Source: Amphiscolops sp. MND2022 | Taxonomy: Eukaryota | Direction of reading: 5' to 3' | DNA length: 64,000 nt | Assembly: GCA_964187785.1 (NCBI GenBank) | Contig: OZ076409.1 | Location: forward strand, 55,244,001-55,308,000 | Shown: positions 61,601 through 64,000 of the stretch, piece by piece | Numbering within the stretch: position 1 is the first letter of the stretch | How the letters are laid out: each line of letters begins with the position of its first letter | Program-made: the position numbers and the translations under genes | Notes under the pieces: generated by a model | Told to the model about the DNA's origin: nothing | Databases searched by the model: none | The model's input: only the letters and a program-made list of their open reading frames with translations

Positions 61601-62380
61601 TCGCAGTACTTATTTCCGTTCGAGTCCTCTTCCATGGAAAAACCATTGAAGCAGTCGCATCTGAAATACTCAAATCTGAAGTAACAACTGATGCCTACAT
61701 CATCATTCTAATGCTATTTTCTGTCAACAATTGCGACAGTCAATCATACAGAGTAAAATCATACCAACATCCGGGTCCTTGAAAAAATGTGTCGACTGGG
61801 ACTATGTACTTTTATATAATTCGACACAGTTGTGTTGAGATTTAATTTTGACAATAGATAGAAGCGGAAGGCACGAATAATTTTTTGACACAAATTTCAG
61901 TTCTCGATTACATAATGGAGGGTACTTTTTGGGTTCTTGTCAAAATGAAATATTGAATCATCATCGCCATAATAATAATTCATACGATTTTCGATGCTAT
62001 CATATGATTCCATTCAAAGGATTATAATGCAGACATGATTGCTAGGATTCCTTCGATAAATTGCGTTGATCCCATGTTGGATCCATGTTTCAAGAGCATG
62101 AACGCCTTGTGAATTTTATTTTTTTTTCTAAAGTAGTTTAGTAATGTCTAGTTTACACACCTGTATCCATTTGGCTGAGAGCTGTCGAGAACACAGTCAG
62201 AGTTGCTTGGGCAGGGTTCATCGGCGCAGTCATCTTCCTTGACACAGATCTGCTGGTTGTTTGAGTCCAAGTCGGCTTTGTAGCCAGAATAGCAGTCGCA
62301 TACGTACTCACTTGCAGACACCCTCATGCATTGACCTCCGGGCTGGCACAACTCGGGGGTCCTTTCGCAGGGGTCGGGGG
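10618..62380 (-). CDS. Large multi-exon gene (5'-partial, 29 exons, ~1845 codons visible): EGF/cbEGF array - follistatin x2 - TSP1 - follistatin - cystine knot; probable extracellular protein
   Basis: All exons bounded by AG/GT with matching phases; summed length 5537 nt keeps frame to TAA at 10618-10620; repeated D-[IV]-[DN]-E-C...C-x-N-x-x-G-S-[FY]-x-C-x-C motifs. Confidence 0.92.
11291..11529 (-). CDS. Exon 28: cystine-knot core (DC...ECKGGC...CCEP)
   Basis: CGCAG acceptor; GTTAGT donor; CxGxC and CCxP motifs. Confidence 0.88.
12270..13244 (+). pseudogene. 5'-truncated LINE RT fragment with (TTTAC)n tail
   Basis: [23 protein letters not shown] and [14 protein letters not shown] motifs; AATAAA followed by CTTTA repeats at 13221-13244. 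Confidence 0.8.
13824..14042 (-). CDS. Exon 27: follistatin domain 3 ([13 protein letters not shown]...[13 protein letters not shown]...C)
   Basis: 10-Cys FOLN+Kazal pattern; phase 1-1. Confidence 0.92.
14699..14986 (-). CDS. Exon 26: Kazal half of follistatin 2 plus TSP1 repeat
   Basis: [38 protein letters not shown] donor. Confidence 0.93.
15429..15648 (-). CDS. Exon 25: Kazal of follistatin 1 plus FOLN of follistatin 2
   Basis: [22 protein letters not shown] acceptor and GTGAGT donor. Confidence 0.93.
16408..16542. repeat. Small MITE-like palindromic repeat
   Basis: GGGAATAAGATCT-like motif about 4x direct, then 2x inverted (AGATCTTATTC); ends GAGGAGGG / CCCCCTC. Confidence 0.55.
18283..18599 (-). 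CDS. Exon 24: end of EGF array plus FOLN of follistatin 1
   Basis: [11 protein letters not shown]...[16 protein letters not shown] donor, phase 0. Confidence 0.93.
18729..19404 (+). mobile_element. Helentron-like non-autonomous element
   Basis: Both termini present; hairpin GGCCG-GTCC-CGGCT then TGTT. Confidence 0.85.
19551..21331 (+). mobile_element. Solo LTR (1781 bp) with internal gag-like ORF remnant
   Basis: TG...CA ends; 5-bp TSD GTACT at 19546-19550 and 21332-21336; start TGTTGCAGGCTGCCGCCTGTGATGG resembles 2371 TGTCGTAGACTGCCACCTGTGACGG. Confidence 0.85.
20747..21331 (+). pseudogene. Frameshifted gag-like ORF running to the LTR 3' end
   Basis: [14 protein letters not shown]...; [19 protein letters not shown] aligns with QILEVINSAIAEKVLPCIQ of the 3287 ORF. 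Confidence 0.6.
22045..22444. mobile_element. MITE with subterminal 15-bp tandem repeats and 8-bp TSD
   Basis: (AAGAAAACTCAACAC)n on the left, inverse on the right; flanking direct repeat CTGTGAGC at 22037-22044 and 22445-22452. Confidence 0.75.
22491..22679 (-). CDS. Exon 23: EGF modules
   Basis: [24 protein letters not shown]; phase 1-1. Confidence 0.9.
24915..25073 (-). CDS. Exon 22: cbEGF
   Basis: [11 protein letters not shown]...[15 protein letters not shown]. Confidence 0.92.
25588..25977 (-). CDS. Exon 21: three EGF modules
   Basis: [15 protein letters not shown]...[20 protein letters not shown]; acceptor position slightly uncertain. Confidence 0.88.
26629..26784 (-). CDS. Exon 20: cbEGF (not in ORF track)
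   Basis: [35 protein letters not shown]...DKNECADP. Confidence 0.9.
27011..27993. mobile_element. Non-autonomous TIR element (CCCGGG family, CACTA/EnSpm-like)
   Basis: TIR CCCGGGTTGACCCTC / GAGGGTCAACCTGGG; TG on both flanks; AAGATCTT subterminal repeats; inverted homolog at 38428. Confidence 0.8.
28168..28293 (-). CDS. Exon 19: cbEGF
   Basis: [30 protein letters not shown]; 126 nt, phase 1-1. Confidence 0.92.
29207..29440 (-). CDS. Exon 18: two EGF modules
   Basis: [38 protein letters not shown]. Confidence 0.92.
30082..30869 (+). mobile_element. Degenerate Helentron-like element with internal ~60-bp repeats
   Basis: TTTTTTAGTCGGC start; repeated GCTATATCCGAA units also seen at 1660-1770; decayed 3' GAGACGTTCCCACTTTGTT. 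Confidence 0.65.
31630..33189 (+). repeat. 5' LTR (1560 bp)
   Basis: Near-identical direct repeat of 34940-36386. Confidence 0.92.
33190..33202 (+). promoter_or_regulatory. Primer-binding site (tRNA-Leu-like)
   Basis: TGGTGACAGGAGT directly after the LTR CA; resembles the TGGTGTCAGGAGT Leu PBS. Confidence 0.6.
33881..34030 (+). repeat. 54-bp tandem repeat (~2.7 copies)
   Basis: AAATGACC(G/A)GGTTATAACA units start at 33882, 33936 and 33990. Confidence 0.85.
34940..36386 (+). repeat. 3' LTR (1447 bp; lacks 113 bp present in the 5' LTR)
   Basis: Segment equivalent to 32895-33007 is absent. Confidence 0.92.
36455..37110. mobile_element. Non-autonomous TIR element (CCCAGTGTAAAA family)
   Basis: GTGTAAAATATCTTGAAACTCTTG / CAAGAGTTTCAAGATATTTTACAC inverted ends; CAAGA/TCTTG subterminal repeats. 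Confidence 0.75.
37613..37876 (-). CDS. Exon 17: two cbEGF
   Basis: VNECDIIG...YRCDC; DIDEC...[10 protein letters not shown]. Confidence 0.92.
38428..39393. mobile_element. Non-autonomous TIR element (CCCGGG family), inverted relative to the 27011 copy
   Basis: CCCGGGTTGACCCTC ... GAGGGTCGACCCGGG; TA on both flanks. Confidence 0.85.
39427..39681 (-). CDS. Exon 16: two EGF modules (correct frame not in ORF track)
   Basis: [15 protein letters not shown]...[22 protein letters not shown]...[16 protein letters not shown]. Confidence 0.92.
40058..40201 (-). CDS. Exon 15: EGF
   Basis: CGGEGASC...[16 protein letters not shown]. Confidence 0.9.
40680..41469. mobile_element. Non-autonomous TIR element (CCCAGTGTAAAA family)
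   Basis: Perfect 21-bp TIR CCCAGTGTAAAAACTCTTGGA; TA on both flanks. Confidence 0.88.
41473..41872. mobile_element. hAT-type MITE
   Basis: TIR TAGAGGTG(T/C)ACCGGA; perfect 8-bp TSD CTGGGTAG; CCGG-rich subterminal repeats. Confidence 0.9.
42564..42689 (-). CDS. Exon 14: cbEGF
   Basis: [29 protein letters not shown]. Confidence 0.93.
43100..45129 (-). mobile_element. Decayed hAT DNA transposon with transposase pseudogene
   Basis: TIR CAGAGGTGGGCA / TGCCCACCACTA; degenerate 8-bp TSD CACTTACT/CCTTTACT; minus-strand fragments [25 protein letters not shown]. Confidence 0.85.
46596..46736 (-). CDS. Exon 13: atypical 5-Cys EGF
   Basis: [37 protein letters not shown]. Confidence 0.88.
47247..47481 (-). 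CDS. Exon 12: EGF modules
   Basis: [20 protein letters not shown]...GFVCFC; phase 0-1. Confidence 0.9.
48533..49149 (+). mobile_element. Helentron-like element (AGACG hairpin)
   Basis: Both termini intact. Confidence 0.85.
49620..50096 (+). mobile_element. Helentron-like element (AGACG hairpin)
   Basis: Both termini present; homologous to the 48533 copy. Confidence 0.85.
50275..50411 (-). CDS. Exon 11: EGF (not in ORF track)
   Basis: [23 protein letters not shown]...[12 protein letters not shown]; phase 1-0. Confidence 0.9.
50748..50903 (-). CDS. Exon 10: cbEGF
   Basis: [11 protein letters not shown]...[10 protein letters not shown]. Confidence 0.92.
51310..51576 (-). CDS. Exon 9: two cbEGF
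   Basis: KNECETSG...FACEC; DIDEC...[10 protein letters not shown]. Confidence 0.93.
51741..52340 (+). mobile_element. Helentron-like copy with 5' end; 3' end unclear
   Basis: TTTTTAGTCGGCGC...GACTATAGTAGTGAC start, also present as an isolated fragment at 50173. Confidence 0.55.
52458..53995 (-). mobile_element. Triple-nested Helentron-like cluster
   Basis: Three successive 5' termini GCGCCGACTAAAA ending at 53760, 53810 and 53995; 3' termini at 52458 and 53217. Confidence 0.85.
55552..55677 (-). CDS. Exon 8: EGF
   Basis: [30 protein letters not shown]. Confidence 0.92.
55905..56021 (-). CDS. Exon 7: cbEGF
   Basis: [27 protein letters not shown]. Confidence 0.93.
57516..57653 (-). CDS. Exon 6: EGF
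   Basis: [45 protein letters not shown]. Confidence 0.9.
58263..58415 (-). CDS. Exon 5: cbEGF
   Basis: [23 protein letters not shown]...[10 protein letters not shown]. Confidence 0.92.
60319..60444 (-). CDS. Exon 4: cbEGF
   Basis: [27 protein letters not shown]. Confidence 0.92.
60827..60992 (-). CDS. Exon 3: EGF modules
   Basis: [18 protein letters not shown]; phase 0-1. Confidence 0.9.
61504..61660 (-). CDS. Exon 2: EGF parts (not in ORF track)
   Basis: [25 protein letters not shown]; phase 2-0 matches both neighbours. Confidence 0.9.
62161..62380 (-). CDS. Exon 1 of those visible: EGF modules
   Basis: [16 protein letters not shown]...YVCDCYSGY; begins after a TTTTAG acceptor, so upstream exons are expected. 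Confidence 0.92.
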
Positions 62381-63332
62381 CTAAAAGGTCAGCACGCGTT
62401 AACAGCAAACTATATCATGATTTTATATGAGAAAAAGTAGCAGTGATTATTTGGGGAGGCTGAGAGGTCGTTTCATGGATCATTGAAAATGGAATTTTCT
62501 AGATCAAATACCATTAGAAATGGATACATTCGCAATTCACACCAACCGACTATAAATAAAAAACACCGAATTCCTTTAGTATATCTAAAATGTATATCTA
62601 TTATAAAAAAGTAGTATGGATAAGATAAAAGTAACCAGGTTGACCTCCATACAAAAAAATCCCAATCAAAAAGTCATATTGGGTGATTTATGGAAACAGT
62701 TCAGTATTAAAAAGACTATGCAAAAACCAAATCCATCCAAGTCAAAAACGGTCATACTATGGACATGTTATGAAGAACACGTTTTCCATACTATGTTCCT
62801 CCTATGGAACGAAAGGCTTCGATATTCTGTTTATGTCAAGGAAAACATCAAGCACGATTTTCACAGTGAAGACTTAATGAGCGGAAATCATAACTCCTAG
62901 GAAGATCCTTCCATCCTTATTAGATGAATTGTGAGAAAATAAACGGTATTTTGAGTGATCTTTTGTTCTTTGTTGGTTTTACTTCGTTTCCTCTGGATCT
63001 GCTTCTTTTTAGCGAGTCAGCATTGTTCACGGGCAAAAATGAACTTTTCGAGGTCCCGACATGTTTTTGTTGGATCTCGAAAACCAACAGTGTTATCAGA
63101 TTAGCATTTTAATTCTGGGCCAGAAGTACCAAGCTTCAATACCTGTAGATCTGACGAAGAAGTGTTAGGATCAGACACTGAAATTTCAATTGACCAACAA
63201 TCATGAATAAAAGATGGAGTTTTCCGAGAACCTGAAGTGATATTTTGATGGCGCACACACAAAACTCGAGCATTGACTTTAGTGGTCTTTGCATTGTTTG
63301 TCTGCTTTGCCTCCCGCTCTCCGATACTGCTG

Positions 63333-63716
63333 TTTTTAGTCGGCGTTTCGAAGAAAATGCTCGACTCTTACAGTGGCTAGTTTTTTTTCGTCAGTTCAAC
63401 GCGATCATTCCACTTTTTCGTTCATTTGTTTAACATCATCAACTTGAACTACGGACGTCCAAAACATACTCGAAACGCTAGAATTTCGTCCAAAACAAAA
63501 ACATCGACGTCCAGAACCTCGAAAACATAGGATCCCCTTTGGTGTTTTTCACTCGGATTTTTTCGGCACTATGTGACTTTTTTTGAATCTTTTTGGATTC
63601 CACCAAAGGGTCTCACCTTCGTTTGTTTCGATATTTTGCAACACAATGGATGTCAAGAAATCCCAAAGGGTCCACCTTTTACATTTTTCGACACTGTTCA
63701 AAAATCCCGGCTTGTT
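63333..63716 (+). mobile_element. Internally deleted Helentron-like copy
   Basis: TTTTTAGTCGGCG start; TCCCGGCTTGTT end. Confidence 0.7.
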
Positions 63717-63813
63717 ACATTTTCATATGTGTCAGCAGAACATGCATAGCTAGCGTACAGTTGGTTCTTATCGCTGCAAAGATTACGTAATACGATTCAA
63801 CGCGTTCAAAACA

Positions 63814-64000
63814 ATGACTACACAAACGCTTCAAAAACTAAACTTGCTTGATCTTACTGATGGAAATTCTGTTCGATCTTTATTTCAAGAATTGATACAA
63901 CTTATTGATAATCAAAAAGACGAGATTACTAAATTACGAACTGATTATGATGAACTTAAAAACGAAAAGGACGAACTGGGAAAAAGAATAACGAAAATGG
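63814..64000 (+). CDS. Partial coiled-coil ORF running off the window end (possibly LINE ORF1)
   Basis: MTTQTLQKLNLLDLTDGNSVRSLFQELIQLIDNQKDEITKLRTDYDELKNEKDELGKRITKM; open frame with heptad pattern. Confidence 0.45.
   Translation, partial: MTTQTLQKLNLLDLTDGNSVRSLFQELIQLIDNQKDEITKLRTDYDELKNEKDELGKRITKM

Noticed and set aside
10618..62380. Naming the gene fibrillin, Notch, agrin, Slit or SCO-spondin
   Set aside because: No TB, LNR/ankyrin/TM, LamG/SEA, LRR or LDLa/vWD domains in the visible part; no symbol assigned.

Overview
AT-rich, intron-containing animal genomic DNA, not prokaryotic. About 52 kb (10618-62380, minus strand) holds the 3' part of one large multi-exon gene. I reconstructed 29 coding exons by hand from GT-AG boundaries; every junction is phase-compatible and they total 5537 nt (~1845 codons including the stop). 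The 5' end lies beyond the window. The product is a cysteine-rich, probably secreted protein: ~33 EGF/calcium-binding EGF modules, then follistatin(FOLN+Kazal) x2, a TSP1 repeat, a third follistatin module and a C-terminal 7-Cys cystine knot. The knot is completed by a 72-nt last exon missing from the ORF track. Introns and flanks are dense with mobile DNA: (i) about 10 near-complete copies plus fragments of a Helentron/DINE-1-like non-autonomous family, including a triple-nested cluster; (ii) two related solo LTRs (5-bp TSDs) carrying a gag-like ORF inside the LTR; (iii) a very young non-autonomous LTR element with ~1.5-kb LTRs; (iv) CCC-ended TIR elements, a hAT MITE, a decayed hAT transposase element, other MITEs, LINE RT fragments and a tRNA-like SINE head. 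No rRNA, CRISPR or intact tRNA was found. Family assignments come from motif reading, not database searches.
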